Shown: positions 18,660 to 28,926 of the stretch, one piece after another
Position numbering within the stretch: position 1 is the first letter of the stretch
How the letters are laid out: the number at the start of each line of letters is the position of its first letter
Virus record (IMG/VR): IMGVR_UViG_3300022935_000005
Location: 124,001 to 188,000 of that record
Direction: 5' to 3' (one strand)
DNA length: 64,000 nt
Translations under genes and position numbers: made by a program
The notes under the pieces: generated by a model
Databases searched by the model: none
The model's input: the letters and a program-made list of their open reading frames with translations, nothing else
What the model was told of the DNA's origin: nothing

Positions 18660-20069
18660 ATGCAGCCCGCAACAAGCAAGACAGCAATTTTAGATGATCT
18701 GCCCGCCGGCCAGTTCGCACACTATAACAAGCCTTTTCAAGAGAAGATCTTTCAAGGCTTGTTGACGGACTTAAACTGGGCCGCTCAGATGGTTGAAGTT
18801 ATGAGGCCTGATTTTTTCGAGCTGCGTTATCTAGAATATCTTTGTGATAAGTACTTCAACTACTTTAGAGAATATCGGTGCTTTCCAACTCAATCACTTT
18901 TGATTTCGATCATCAAAGATGCGCTTAGCGAAGACGGCGATATCATCCTAAGGGATCAGATTGTATCTTACTTGATTCGGATGCGCGAGAATCCTAACCC
19001 TGGTGATATTGCCTATGTTAAGGAAAAGTCGTTGGACTTCTGCAAGAGGCAGGCATTCAAGGAAGCCCTTGAGCAGTCGGTAGAATTGATTAGTACTGAC
19101 AACTTCGAGTCTGTAATCTCGTTGATGAAAAACGCTGTATCAATCGGCATGCCGAATACGGTTGGGCACGACTTCTTTGAAGATATTGAAGCTCGCTTTC
19201 AGAAGATTGACCGATGTGTATGTCCCACGGGTATTCCAGAACTAGATGCTAAGGACGTTCTAGCAGGTGGGTTGGGTCGAGGTGAGATTGGGGTCGTTAC
19301 CGCGAACACAGGTGTTGGTAAGTCTCACTTTCTTGTGCAGATGGGTGCTAATGCAATGAGAAACGGAAAGAATGTTCTGCATTACACATTCGAGCTGACT
19401 GAACAGGCTGTGGGTATTCGATACGATTCGAACCTCTGTAATATACCGTCTTCAGATGTTCACGATCACAAAAAGCAAGTCAAAGAGTTTTACGAAAAGA
19501 ATGAAGACTTAGGACGCTTGATGATTAAGGAGTATCCAACTGGTACCGCGTCAGTAACGACCATTAGAAACCACATTGAGAAACTTGCTTTACGAAACTT
19601 CAAACCTTCTCTGATACTTATCGATTATGCAGACATTATGAGATCAACACGCCAGTATGACTCTTTACGTCATGAGCTTAAGCTTATTTATGAAGAGCTC
19701 AGAAATCTTGCAATGGAACTAAGGGTACCAGTGTGGACAGCGAGCCAAGCGAATAGAGACTCGGCAAATTCTGACATCGTTGGTCTTGAGAATATGTCGG
19801 AAGCATATGGGAAGGCAATGGTTGCTGACTTAGTTGTTTCGCTTTCAAGAAAGGCAACTGAGAAAGCTACTGGGACCGGTCGTATCTTTATCGCTAAAAA
19901 CCGCGCTGGTAAGGACGGGATTCTTTTTCCTATACACATTGACACCGCGCGCTCTAGTATTAAAGTAATCGATAGTGAGTCGGCGACTCTCGCTGAAGCC
20001 CGCCAGGACGAACAACGCGAGACAAAAGACCTGATTAGAAAGAAGTGGAAAGAGATTAATAGAGTTTAA
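18660..20069 (+). CDS. Replicative DnaB-like helicase (gp41-like)
   Basis: ANTGVGKS Walker A, LIDYAD Walker B, TASQANR, KNRAG. Confidence 0.9.
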   Translation: MQPATSKTAILDDLPAGQFAHYNKPFQEKIFQGLLTDLNWAAQMVEVMRPDFFELRYLEYLCDKYFNYFREYRCFPTQSLLISIIKDALSEDGDIILRDQIVSYLIRMRENPNPGDIAYVKEKSLDFCKRQAFKEALEQSVELISTDNFESVISLMKNAVSIGMPNTVGHDFFEDIEARFQKIDRCVCPTGIPELDAKDVLAGGLGRGEIGVVTANTGVGKSHFLVQMGANAMRNGKNVLHYTFELTEQAVGIRYDSNLCNIPSSDVHDHKKQVKEFYEKNEDLGRLMIKEYPTGTASVTTIRNHIEKLALRNFKPSLILIDYADIMRSTRQYDSLRHELKLIYEELRNLAMELRVPVWTASQANRDSANSDIVGLENMSEAYGKAMVADLVVSLSRKATEKATGTGRIFIAKNRAGKDGILFPIHIDTARSSIKVIDSESATLAEARQDEQRETKDLIRKKWKEINRV

Positions 20070-20073
20070 TAAG

Positions 20074-22596
20074 ATGGAGACAGAAGTGTCGAAAACATAT
20101 ACGTACCAAGAAGTATACGCTCGGTGTCTTGAGTATTTTTCAGGAGACGAGTTAGCAGCTAATGTCGTCGCGACTAAATACTTGCTTACCAATCAAGATG
20201 AAGAATTTCTGGAGTTGAGTCCGGATGATATGCACCGACGTATTGCTGGCGAACTAGCTAGGATTGAGCAAAAATATCCGAATCCCCTGACAGAGGGTGA
20301 AATATACTCTCTGTTAAAAGACTTTAGTCAGGTAGTTCCTCAAGGCTCTCCAATGTCTGGTATCGGAAATGACCAAAGAATCCAGTCACTATCCAACTGT
20401 TTTGTTATAGAGTCACCAGAGGACAGTTATGGTGGAATCTTGAAGACTGATCAGGAGTTAGTACAGATTGCGAAGCGTCGTGGGGGTGTCGGCTTTGACC
20501 TTAGCACAATTAGACCGAAGGGCCTTACCACAGCCAACGCAGCTAGGACTACAGACGGCATTGAAGTCTTCATGGATAGATTTAGCAATTCGTGTCGAGA
20601 AGTCGCTCAGGGAGGCCGTAGAGGGGCTCTGATGCTAACGATATCTGTTCACCATCCACAAATCCGTGACTTCATAAAGATAAAGCAAGATTTGACGAGG
20701 GTGACGGGTGCCAACATCTCTGTTCGTGTTACAGATGAATTTATGGAGGCCGTACGAAATAACGAAGAAGTCGAGCTTCGATGGCCCGTAGACTCTTCTA
20801 ACCCGAAGATCAGTGTTGTTGATGACGCCGCTGAAATCTGGCACGAGATTATTGAAGGCGCTCACGCTGCCGCAGAACCTGGTGTCCTCTTTTGGGACAC
20901 TGCAAAGTCCATGACACCTTCTGATGTATATACTAAAGAAGGCTTCGGTTCTGTGTCGACAAACCCATGCGGTGAAATTATTCTATCACCATACGATAGT
21001 TGCCGGTTGATGCTTGTGAACCTGACAGCGTTCGTGAAGAATCCATTCTCTTCTCGTGCTGAATTTGACTTTGACGAGTACTCTAGCGTTGTGATTAAAG
21101 CGCAGCGCTTGATGGACGACATGGTTGATCTTGAAGTTGAGCAAGTCGATAAGATTCTTGACAAGATCGATCGTGACCCAGAGTCTGATCATGTTAAGTA
21201 TCATGAGAGGTCCCTGTGGAATAATATTCGAACAGCTGCTCTGAAGGGTCGTAGGACAGGGCTTGGGATTACTGGTCTTGGTGACGCTCTTGCCATGATA
21301 GGTGTCACTTACGGCTCTGAAGAGTCTGTTGATGTCGTAGAAGACATTTATAAGACTCTTGCCTTGAACGCTTATAGAAGTTCGTGCACACTTGCGAAAG
21401 AACGTGGCGCCTTCGAAGTTTACGACTTTGAGAGAGAATCAAACCATAAGTTTATCCAGCGCCTCTATGAAGCAGACCCTGAATTAGAAAAATTGTCGAG
21501 AGCCTACGGACGTAGAAACATTGCGTTAACCACAACAGCTCCAGCCGGATCTGTCTCTGTGCTGACGCAAACAACATCTGGAATCGAGCCAGCTTTCATG
21601 CTTCATTACACTCGCCGCAAAAAGTTGACTGGTCAAGATGCCGATGCTCGAGTAGATTTCGTGGATGATTCCGGCGATAGGTGGCAGGAATATACCGTCT
21701 ATCACCATGGCTTCAGGCAGTGGATGGACACAATAGAGATTGGTGAAGGCGAAACAATGAGCAACGAAAAGCTTGTTGAGATGAGCCCTTATGCCGGCGC
21801 AACAGCCAATGAGATTGATTGGGTTGCTAAGGTCAAGATGCAAGCGGCCGCCCAGAAGTGGGTTTGTCATGCGATATCGAACACCACAAACCTCCCTAAC
21901 GATATTGACGTGGAGACAGTCAAGCAAGTGTATATGAAGGGGTGGGAGCTTGGATGTAAGGGAGTAACTGTCTACAGAGATGGTAGCCGTTCAGGGGTTC
22001 TTGTCGCTGCTGAAGAAAGTCATGATGACCCTCGAGAGTCTTCTGAGATACTTGTTAATACAGCGCCTCGCCGACCCGAAGATTTAGAGTGTGATATACA
22101 CCAAGCAAATATTAAGGGGGAAGCATGGACCATTCTGATAGGCCTTTTGAATGGCCAGCCATATGAGGTCATTGGGGGACTGTCGGAGTACGTAGAGATT
22201 CCCAGGAGACACACAACAGGTGTGATTAAGAAAAGAGTTAGGAAGTCTGTTCCCTCCAAGTATGATCTCGTTGTAGGATCAAATGGCGATGAATTTATAA
22301 TCAAGGATGTCGTGAAAGTGTTTGATAACCCAAACCACTCTGCGTTCACACGTACATTATCGCTAGCGCTTCGTCACGGTGTACCAGTTCAATATCTTGT
22401 CGAACAGTTACAGAAAGATAAAGATGCAGATCTGTTTAGCTTCTCTAAAGTAATTGCTAGATGTCTAAAGAAATACATCGCGGACGGTACCAGGGCGAGT
22501 AATGGAGTACTAAGCTCTTGCTGCGACAGTCCGAATGTAGTATACCAAGAAGGATGTGCCACATGTATTAACTGTGGTATGGCGAAGTGTGGATAA
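20074..22596 (+). CDS. nrdJ: Class II (adenosylcobalamin-dependent) ribonucleotide reductase
   Basis: SNCFV, GGRRGALM, TNPCGEI, TTAPAGS, KGVTVYRDGSR, C-terminal Cys cluster; no beta-subunit gene adjacent. Confidence 0.85.
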   Translation: METEVSKTYTYQEVYARCLEYFSGDELAANVVATKYLLTNQDEEFLELSPDDMHRRIAGELARIEQKYPNPLTEGEIYSLLKDFSQVVPQGSPMSGIGNDQRIQSLSNCFVIESPEDSYGGILKTDQELVQIAKRRGGVGFDLSTIRPKGLTTANAARTTDGIEVFMDRFSNSCREVAQGGRRGALMLTISVHHPQIRDFIKIKQDLTRVTGANISVRVTDEFMEAVRNNEEVELRWPVDSSNPKISVVDDAAEIWHEIIEGAHAAAEPGVLFWDTAKSMTPSDVYTKEGFGSVSTNPCGEIILSPYDSCRLMLVNLTAFVKNPFSSRAEFDFDEYSSVVIKAQRLMDDMVDLEVEQVDKILDKIDRDPESDHVKYHERSLWNNIRTAALKGRRTGLGITGLGDALAMIGVTYGSEESVDVVEDIYKTLALNAYRSSCTLAKERGAFEVYDFERESNHKFIQRLYEADPELEKLSRAYGRRNIALTTTAPAGSVSVLTQTTSGIEPAFMLHYTRRKKLTGQDADARVDFVDDSGDRWQEYTVYHHGFRQWMDTIEIGEGETMSNEKLVEMSPYAGATANEIDWVAKVKMQAAAQKWVCHAISNTTNLPNDIDVETVKQVYMKGWELGCKGVTVYRDGSRSGVLVAAEESHDDPRESSEILVNTAPRRPEDLECDIHQANIKGEAWTILIGLLNGQPYEVIGGLSEYVEIPRRHTTGVIKKRVRKSVPSKYDLVVGSNGDEFIIKDVVKVFDNPNHSAFTRTLSLALRHGVPVQYLVEQLQKDKDADLFSFSKVIARCLKKYIADGTRASNGVLSSCCDSPNVVYQEGCATCINCGMAKCG

Positions 22597-22608
22597 TAAG
22601 GAGTTATA

Positions 22609-23211
22609 ATGCACTGGACAACAGAAATTGATCCCAAAGTTAAAGAAATAGAACTAAGAAAGCAGCCTGTAATAATCAGGGTCAATAAATTTGATGAAGA
22701 TTCTGCAAAGAAGTTCGCTCAAGAGATGGCACAAGCCCATAACACAGGCCAGAAAGTAATTCCTATTGTCATTGATTCATACGGTGGCCAAGTCTACAGT
22801 TTAATGTCAATGATCAGTGCGATAAAGCATTCAGAAATTCCTGTTGCTACCATCGTAGAAGGTAAAGCGATGAGCTGTGGAGCTGTATTGTTTTCTTTTG
22901 GTGAAGAAGGCATGCGCTTTATGGATCCAAACGCAACAGTAATGATTCACGACGTCAGCTCCATGGATTTCGGCAAAGTTGAAGAACTAAAAGCGGGAGC
23001 GACAGAAGCCGATAGACTTAACACAACTATCTACACTATGATGGCTCGTAACTGCGGGAAAAAAGATGACTACTTCATGAAGATTGTAGACAAAAAGAAG
23101 CATGCTGATTGGTTCCTCGACGCTGAAGAAGCAAAGAAACATGGGATGGCAAATCAGCTGCGAGTTCCAAAGATTCATATCAAGGTATCTGTTGATATAG
23201 ATTTTGAGTAG
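22609..23211 (+). CDS. clpP: ClpP-like serine protease
   Basis: IDSYGGQV, GKAMSCGA (Ser), MIHD (His), DWFLDAEEAKKHG. Confidence 0.85.
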   Translation: MHWTTEIDPKVKEIELRKQPVIIRVNKFDEDSAKKFAQEMAQAHNTGQKVIPIVIDSYGGQVYSLMSMISAIKHSEIPVATIVEGKAMSCGAVLFSFGEEGMRFMDPNATVMIHDVSSMDFGKVEELKAGATEADRLNTTIYTMMARNCGKKDDYFMKIVDKKKHADWFLDAEEAKKHGMANQLRVPKIHIKVSVDIDFE

Positions 23212-23219
23212 AGGGCAAC

Positions 23220-24140
23220 ATGGACAAAGTATTCTACAACAAAAGCTCCGCCGATTCATTGGGATGGGATCCCTCGTGGTTCGGAGCAGATGAACATGAT
23301 GATGATTTAGTAAAAGCAATTAAGAAGTGGCAAAAGTCTCACGGATTAACTGCTGATGGGTTATGCGGTCCTGCGACGTATAGAAGAATTTGGACAGAGA
23401 GAGAAGATGAGATATCAGACTTTTCTCCTTCCCAAAGCTCATGTCGATCAGGCGATAAGTTTATTGTTCATAACGGTAATTTCCTACCTATAGAGTGGGA
23501 CAAAGTTGTTCTGTGGGACGAACCTGATGGTCTAGGATGCAAAGACGGTACTTACACCAGCTATGCCGGGAAACCTGATAGACGACCGCACTATTTTGTT
23601 AACCACTGGGACGTCTGCTTGTCTACTGAGTCAATGGCAAACGTGATTGCGAAAAGAGGAATATCAATCCATTTTGGTATCGACAATGATGGCACGATTT
23701 ACCAGCTATTAGATACGCAGCATGCCGCTTGGCAGGCTGGCGGTAGGAAATGGAATCATGAGAGTATTGGCGTCGAGATTGCAAATGCCTTCTACCCGAA
23801 ATACCAGAGCTGGTATGAACGTAAGGGCTTCGGCTCCAGACCTATCAACCCTGCTGGTTCCGTAAAGTGTCACGGTAGAGGATTGGAAGAGCACCTTGGG
23901 TTCTATGACGTTCAAATTGACGCTTTAAAAGCTCTCTGGAAGGCGCTTCACAAAGGGTTAGATATACCCTTACAATGTCCGACTGATTCTTCAGGTGAGC
24001 TAATTACAACTGTTGATAAAGAGTGCGAAAGATCTAGGTTTTCCGGGTTCATAAACCACTACAATCTTACTAAGAGAAAGATCGATTGCGCTGGTCTAGA
24101 TTTAGCCGCTCTTTTAGATGAGTGTCGGAGAGAAGTATAA
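23220..24140 (+). CDS. Endolysin: peptidoglycan-binding domain plus N-acetylmuramoyl-L-alanine amidase
   Basis: AIKKWQKSHGLTADGLCGPAT (PG-binding); SIHFGID, AWQAG, SIGVEI, NHY...KIDC (Amidase_2). Confidence 0.8.
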   Translation: MDKVFYNKSSADSLGWDPSWFGADEHDDDLVKAIKKWQKSHGLTADGLCGPATYRRIWTEREDEISDFSPSQSSCRSGDKFIVHNGNFLPIEWDKVVLWDEPDGLGCKDGTYTSYAGKPDRRPHYFVNHWDVCLSTESMANVIAKRGISIHFGIDNDGTIYQLLDTQHAAWQAGGRKWNHESIGVEIANAFYPKYQSWYERKGFGSRPINPAGSVKCHGRGLEEHLGFYDVQIDALKALWKALHKGLDIPLQCPTDSSGELITTVDKECERSRFSGFINHYNLTKRKIDCAGLDLAALLDECRREV

Positions 24141-25138
24141 TGGTACATGTTGATTATGTTTGGGTTGACGGACTGGAATCACCCCTTGTGCGTTCAAAGA
24201 CAAAGATCGTAACTCCATCTGTAAGCCAGAAAGGTGAAATGGAGATCCAAATTGCTGAATGGACGTTTGACGGCTCCTCGACGAACCAGGCAGTCACAAG
24301 CAACTCTGAGCTTTTGCTTAAGCCACACAGAGTCTATCAGTTATCAGATCAACACTACATTGCTCTTTGCGAAGTCTGTGATCCAGCTTCTGGAGAACCA
24401 CACGACACAAATTACCGAGCCGTCTTAAGGGATAAGATAGCAGAGTCTGGTGACAAGGGACTGTGGGTAGGTTTTGAACAGGAGTTTTTTATCACCAAGA
24501 ACGACAAGAACGTTTTGTGGCCTAAGCATGGTCTGCCACCACAGGACACTAGGTACTACTGTTCCTCTGGTGGACCCATCAGACATAGAAAACTTGTGAG
24601 AGAACACGCTACGATCTGTAACAAGGCTGGAATTAGCGTCGTTGGCTATAATACTGAGGTTTCCCCCGGGCAGTGGGAATATCAAGTATTTGCAGAAGAT
24701 CCGCTAAAGGCTGCTGACGACCTGTGGGTTAGTAGATACATTCTGCAATTGTGTTGTGAGACATACGACATTGGTATAGATTGGCACCCGAAACCGCACG
24801 AGGGCTGGAACGGATCTGGATGTCATACGAATTTTTCGACTAACTCCATGAGAGAATCAGGTGGCGAAGAGTTGTTCAGAGCGATTATGGAAACTGCGTC
24901 AGCCAAACATTCTGAGCATATGCAGAACTACGGGAAGTTGAACAGGAGGAGAATGACAGGAGAGCATGAAACATCTTCTTACAGTGAATTTTCGTGGGGC
25001 GTCGGTTCCAGAAATACAAGTGTCAGAGTCCCTGTGGCGACAGCCGAGGAGTGGAAGGGTTACGTAGAAGACCGCCGCCCCGCTTCAAATTGTGACCCTT
25101 ATAGAGTCGTAAGGTGTGTGCTCGAATATGTAAAGTAG
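24140..25138 (+). CDS. glnII: Glutamine synthetase, type II
   Basis: EWTFDGSSTNQA, GFEQEF, EVSPGQWEYQ, WNGSGCHTNFST, GEHET, RNTSVR, EDRRPASNCDPY; about 330 aa. Confidence 0.9.
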   Translation: MVHVDYVWVDGLESPLVRSKTKIVTPSVSQKGEMEIQIAEWTFDGSSTNQAVTSNSELLLKPHRVYQLSDQHYIALCEVCDPASGEPHDTNYRAVLRDKIAESGDKGLWVGFEQEFFITKNDKNVLWPKHGLPPQDTRYYCSSGGPIRHRKLVREHATICNKAGISVVGYNTEVSPGQWEYQVFAEDPLKAADDLWVSRYILQLCCETYDIGIDWHPKPHEGWNGSGCHTNFSTNSMRESGGEELFRAIMETASAKHSEHMQNYGKLNRRRMTGEHETSSYSEFSWGVGSRNTSVRVPVATAEEWKGYVEDRRPASNCDPYRVVRCVLEYVK

Positions 25139-25140
25139 TT

Positions 25141-25578
25141 ATGGAGAATTTAGAACTTATAGCTACTCATATGTGCAAAGAATCTTGTGTCGGATATCAT
25201 GGTAACCTATTTGGTGGAACCATGCTGGCATGGTTGGATGAAGCCGGTGTCGCCTTCGCTTCACAAGTCTGCGGTTCGCCAAGAATGGTGACAAAGTCAA
25301 TATCAGAAGTCATCTTCGTGCGGCCTGTTCGTCCTGGGCAAATCATAAAGATATACGGTGATGTCGTGAATATTGGCAACACGTCTATTAAGATTAGATT
25401 GTTTGCAAGGCGACACAGCGTAGTGAACGGCTCACAAAAGCCTGTCTGCGATGTTGAGATGACGTTTGTCAGAATTGATGGCGACGGTGAGCCTGTACCA
25501 ATCTTGAATATAAAAGAAAAGTACGCTGATAAAAAGCAGAAGATAGAATCTGAAGTAAGAAAAGATATGGAGTATTGA
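25141..25578 (+). CDS. Hotdog-fold acyl-CoA thioesterase (YciA-like)
   Basis: HGNLFGGTMLAWLDEAG, FVRPV, GNTSI, MTFVRIDGDGEP. Confidence 0.85.
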   Translation: MENLELIATHMCKESCVGYHGNLFGGTMLAWLDEAGVAFASQVCGSPRMVTKSISEVIFVRPVRPGQIIKIYGDVVNIGNTSIKIRLFARRHSVVNGSQKPVCDVEMTFVRIDGDGEPVPILNIKEKYADKKQKIESEVRKDMEY

Positions 25579-26327
25579 TGTTAGATAGAGTTGAATTGTA
25601 TGGCGATGGTATTGGAACAGTAGAGTACGTCGAGCACATGGGCAATGATTTGACAATCGTCAATAGCGCCAGAGTTTCATTTGGAAAGCACAAGGAAGAG
25701 TTAGATGAGAAAGACGAGAAGCTTATTAAGTACCTTGTTAACCACGGCCACACGAGTACGTTCGAGCATAATGTTGTCACTTTTCGCTTTGTGGTTCCTC
25801 TCTTTATTAGGAGCCAGCATCACCGTCATAGGACTTGGAGTTATAACGAGATTAGCAGACGGTATACTGACGTTGATCTAAGGTTTTATGAACCGGATAG
25901 TTTTAGGACCCAGCACAAGAGTAATAGACAGGCAAGCAACGTCCAAGAAGAGGTGGATCCTGTAATAATACCTGACTTAAGTGACGCTGGCTATGGGACG
26001 AGAGCATCACAAGTAGTGAGAGAGCACCATGTCCAGAGCTTGAACCTTTATAACAGTTTACTGTCAGCGGGAGTTTGTAGAGAGCAGGCACGAGGGGTGC
26101 TTCCTCAAAACCTCTACACAGAGTATTACGGGACATGTTCATTACATAACGCTCTTCATTTTTGTCGTCTCCGATTGCACGAGGGCGCCCAGTGGGAAAT
26201 TCAAAGAGTGGCTGAGGCCATGGTACAAATAATGTCGACATTGTATCCTGTCGCTGTGTCTGCGTGGATTGACAACTTGGATGATAAAGACCTCCGAAAA
26301 AAAATGAAAAAAAATATTAGCCTGTAA
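25578..26327 (+). CDS. thyX: FAD-dependent thymidylate synthase
   Basis: HTSTFEH; RHRTWSYNEISRRY (RHR-X7-SxR); EQARGVLP; AQWEI. Confidence 0.95.
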   Translation: MLDRVELYGDGIGTVEYVEHMGNDLTIVNSARVSFGKHKEELDEKDEKLIKYLVNHGHTSTFEHNVVTFRFVVPLFIRSQHHRHRTWSYNEISRRYTDVDLRFYEPDSFRTQHKSNRQASNVQEEVDPVIIPDLSDAGYGTRASQVVREHHVQSLNLYNSLLSAGVCREQARGVLPQNLYTEYYGTCSLHNALHFCRLRLHEGAQWEIQRVAEAMVQIMSTLYPVAVSAWIDNLDDKDLRKKMKKNISL

Positions 26328-26375
26328 ATACACAATACTTGCTACTGGCTCTCTTGAGAATTACCTCCATAAACG

Positions 26376-26411
26376 AAACCTGCACGATGTAAAAGTCATG
26401 CAGGTTTTTTT
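26376..26411 (+). terminator. Rho-independent terminator
   Basis: AAACCTGCA...TGCAGGTTT stem followed by a T run. Confidence 0.75.
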
Positions 26412-26414
26412 GTT

Positions 26415-26421
26415 ATATTTA
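26415..26421 (+). promoter_or_regulatory. Putative late promoter ATATTTA
   Basis: Immediately after the terminator and before the structural block. Confidence 0.5.
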
Positions 26422-26452
26422 AAAGTAGGTCGTTAGTTCCGGAGGTTTCACA

Positions 26453-26671
26453 GTGTCAGGTAATCTTGAAAAACTTAGGTCCTTGAGGCAGGAGATTTGT
26501 GCGAAAGAGCAAGAGAGAAAACACTTACTTGAGTGTAGGGTTGTTTTGATCGCAGAGCTCTCCAGTATTCATGAGCAAATGTTGCAAGATAAGTCCGTGT
26601 CTGTGCACTATCTAGATAAAATCACTGAACTACTCACGTTGGTTAGTAACCCAATCGTGAAGGAGGGATAA
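26453..26671 (+). CDS. Hypothetical protein
   Basis: GTG start with SD GGAGGT. Confidence 0.55.
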   Translation: MSGNLEKLRSLRQEICAKEQERKHLLECRVVLIAELSSIHEQMLQDKSVSVHYLDKITELLTLVSNPIVKEG

Positions 26672-26672
26672 G

Positions 26673-26993
26673 ATGTCGTCAGATAATGGGTGGGCAGAAT
26701 ACTCTAGGTTAGTATTGAAAGAGCTTGAGACTTTAGCGACTGGTATCGAAGCGTTAAGAACTGAACTCCAAGACGTGAAACAAGAGTTAGCTAAGTTTCA
26801 GTCTCGAGAGGATAAAGTAGATGAACTTCGCGCTTGGAAAGAGAAGATAGATGAGGTTGCGTCCCCGACGCAATTAAAAGAATTAACTAAGGAAGTCGAA
26901 GACCTCAAACTATTCAAGACTAAAGCGGTGACCGTGTTTGCTGTTGTGCAATTCGGCATGGCGCTTTGGGCTTGGGCTTCAAAGTTTATGTAG
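26673..26993 (+). CDS. Coiled-coil protein with C-terminal membrane anchor
   Basis: Heptad pattern, then AVTVFAVVQFGMALWAWA. Confidence 0.65.
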   Translation: MSSDNGWAEYSRLVLKELETLATGIEALRTELQDVKQELAKFQSREDKVDELRAWKEKIDEVASPTQLKELTKEVEDLKLFKTKAVTVFAVVQFGMALWAWASKFM

Positions 26994-27051
26994 ATTGAGT
27001 GAGCTTACGTTTACTGGATCTGAAACAATTTAGCAAAATAGAGAGTGAAAA

Positions 27052-28053
27052 ATGGCTATTACAACCCAAATTAGGCTTAAGCAGCTCACTGGGTCGCTTC
27101 CTGTTTCTAGCAGATCGGCTCCGCTGTCGCCTCCAAGTCTTGCAGATGGGCAAGACATTTTAGATGAAATCGCTTCGTCGATTCGTCGCGTTCTAGATTA
27201 TGACACCTCGGCATCATCTTTCTTTGATGCTCCCGCTACGTTCCGTTCGATGGGAACTGAAGGTGTCTTTGTCGCTACTTCTGACCTGTATGTTACAGGG
27301 ACGGCTTATACAACAGCAATTACAGGTTCGGGTGGTCTTGAGCTTGTCGCTTCTAACAACGGCGCTGTTATTATTGATGGAGACTCTGGTGCTACATTCA
27401 CAGAAGACGGCACTGAAGTCTTGATAATCGATGGAGCTGGAGACACTCGATTTGCATCAGCTGGCGGATCTGCTGACGATCCCGATGTCGAAGTCGACGG
27501 GTATTTAAGGCTAGATGGAGCGATGGCAACGTCGGGGTCAGTCTTCTTCCTCGGCACGTCAACACGTCACGACTTAGCAAAGACCACTACAGGAAATCTC
27601 GTGCTGTCTGGTGCCGGCGGCAGACTTTACTTTGTGGATTCTCACGTCACATCGTCAAACTGGTCTGACAAAGACGTCGGTGTACCTTTGGCTACTGCCG
27701 ATTCTCAATGGACGTCGTTTAACAGTCTCGGCTACGACTCCTTGATTGGTGCTATTACGTCGTTAGGGTCTACAGCTTCTGGAGCTACTAAAGCGCTTCA
27801 AGCGTTGTCTTCTGACGTATCCGCTGATTCTGCTACAGGACAACTTAGCGTAGATATTTCTGCTGTACCTGCTGCAGACAGAGATGCTCGAATAGATGTG
27901 TTCGTTAATGGTGTCTTACAAGTGTCAGGTTCTTCCGGTGAAGTCACGGCCGGTACAGCTGATTATAGGCTGTCTGGTGTAGACACTGCGATAGATGCCG
28001 TGTTCTCGTATGCACTTGTTACCGGTGATCAGCTCACGCTTATCGTCAGGTAA
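27052..28053 (+). CDS. Probable virion structural protein
   Basis: Ser/Gly/Thr-rich beta-type sequence; C-terminal DVFVNGVLQVSG...GDQLTL domain. Confidence 0.55.
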   Translation: MAITTQIRLKQLTGSLPVSSRSAPLSPPSLADGQDILDEIASSIRRVLDYDTSASSFFDAPATFRSMGTEGVFVATSDLYVTGTAYTTAITGSGGLELVASNNGAVIIDGDSGATFTEDGTEVLIIDGAGDTRFASAGGSADDPDVEVDGYLRLDGAMATSGSVFFLGTSTRHDLAKTTTGNLVLSGAGGRLYFVDSHVTSSNWSDKDVGVPLATADSQWTSFNSLGYDSLIGAITSLGSTASGATKALQALSSDVSADSATGQLSVDISAVPAADRDARIDVFVNGVLQVSGSSGEVTAGTADYRLSGVDTAIDAVFSYALVTGDQLTLIVR

Positions 28054-28061
28054 GGGTTTGG

Positions 28062-28096
28062 AGGCACGCACCGTGTGATGCGGTGCGTGCCTTTCT
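28062..28096 (+). terminator. Strong hairpin, probable terminator
   Basis: AGGCACGCACCG/CGGTGCGTGCCT 12-bp stem with only a short T tail. Confidence 0.65.
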
Positions 28097-28131
28097 AGCA
28101 TACAATACGTAATATATAAAGGAACATAATC

Positions 28132-28917
28132 ATGGCAATAGTAATTAGAGCAAGCGGAACTTCACTGGAAGTCCCCAGTTCACCAACGTCAGACTTTACT
28201 ACCGGTCTGTCTGCTAGATACCTATTCACGTCAGACGCATCAGACTCGTTAGGGAACTATGATACAATGACAGCCGAATCTGCTGTAACTTATGATAGTA
28301 GTAACGGCGTTTACTTTGAGAAAATTGGAAACACAAGTAGGATAAGTCTTGGTGCTGACAGCACATCAACGTCGGCATCTAAGTTACTGAATGATATCGG
28401 TACCAACGACGGCACAATATCATTCTGGCTAAATCCTGACACGAATCAGATAGATGATTCGGGCAATGATGCTTCGTTCATCCTTGGCTCTTACGCTGGT
28501 TCGACTATAGGCACCCGAGGTCCCCAGTTTGGGTACTTCGACGATCAACCGACCGTCAATGGTGACAAGGGCGGGTGGCATTTCTTTAGCCGAGTTGGGA
28601 CCGGTTCATCCTTTGAAGGTGTTCTTTGGGAAGGAGATTCCGGGACTACTTGGGTACATATAGTATTCACTTACGATAGTGCAACCGACACAGCCAAGCT
28701 TTACAAAGATGGAAGCCTAGCAGATACGCAAACGTTTGCTAACGGTTTTCCTCAAGATCGCCGAGAGTGGATAATGAACGGTTCAGCCCAAAGCCCAACC
28801 GCTTCAACACTACAGTGGGAGGGATACTTTAAAGACCTCAGCATTTGGGACGGTCGCATCTTAACAGCAGACGAGATCAGTGATCTTTACGACAACGGTC
28901 ACGGCGGCAGCTACTAG
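28132..28917 (+). CDS. LamG/concanavalin A-like domain protein 1
   Basis: GTISFW, WVHIVFTYD, LYKDG, FKDLSIWDGRILTADEISDLY. Confidence 0.8.
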   Translation: MAIVIRASGTSLEVPSSPTSDFTTGLSARYLFTSDASDSLGNYDTMTAESAVTYDSSNGVYFEKIGNTSRISLGADSTSTSASKLLNDIGTNDGTISFWLNPDTNQIDDSGNDASFILGSYAGSTIGTRGPQFGYFDDQPTVNGDKGGWHFFSRVGTGSSFEGVLWEGDSGTTWVHIVFTYDSATDTAKLYKDGSLADTQTFANGFPQDRREWIMNGSAQSPTASTLQWEGYFKDLSIWDGRILTADEISDLYDNGHGGSY

Positions 28918-28926
28918 GGAGGAATT

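Noticed and set aside
26330-26375. Anti-SD-like TTACCTCC (SD on the minus strand) after thyX, as a possible sRNA or small antisense gene
   Set aside because: No properly spaced start codon or promoter; only a 17-codon minus-strand ORF; insufficient support
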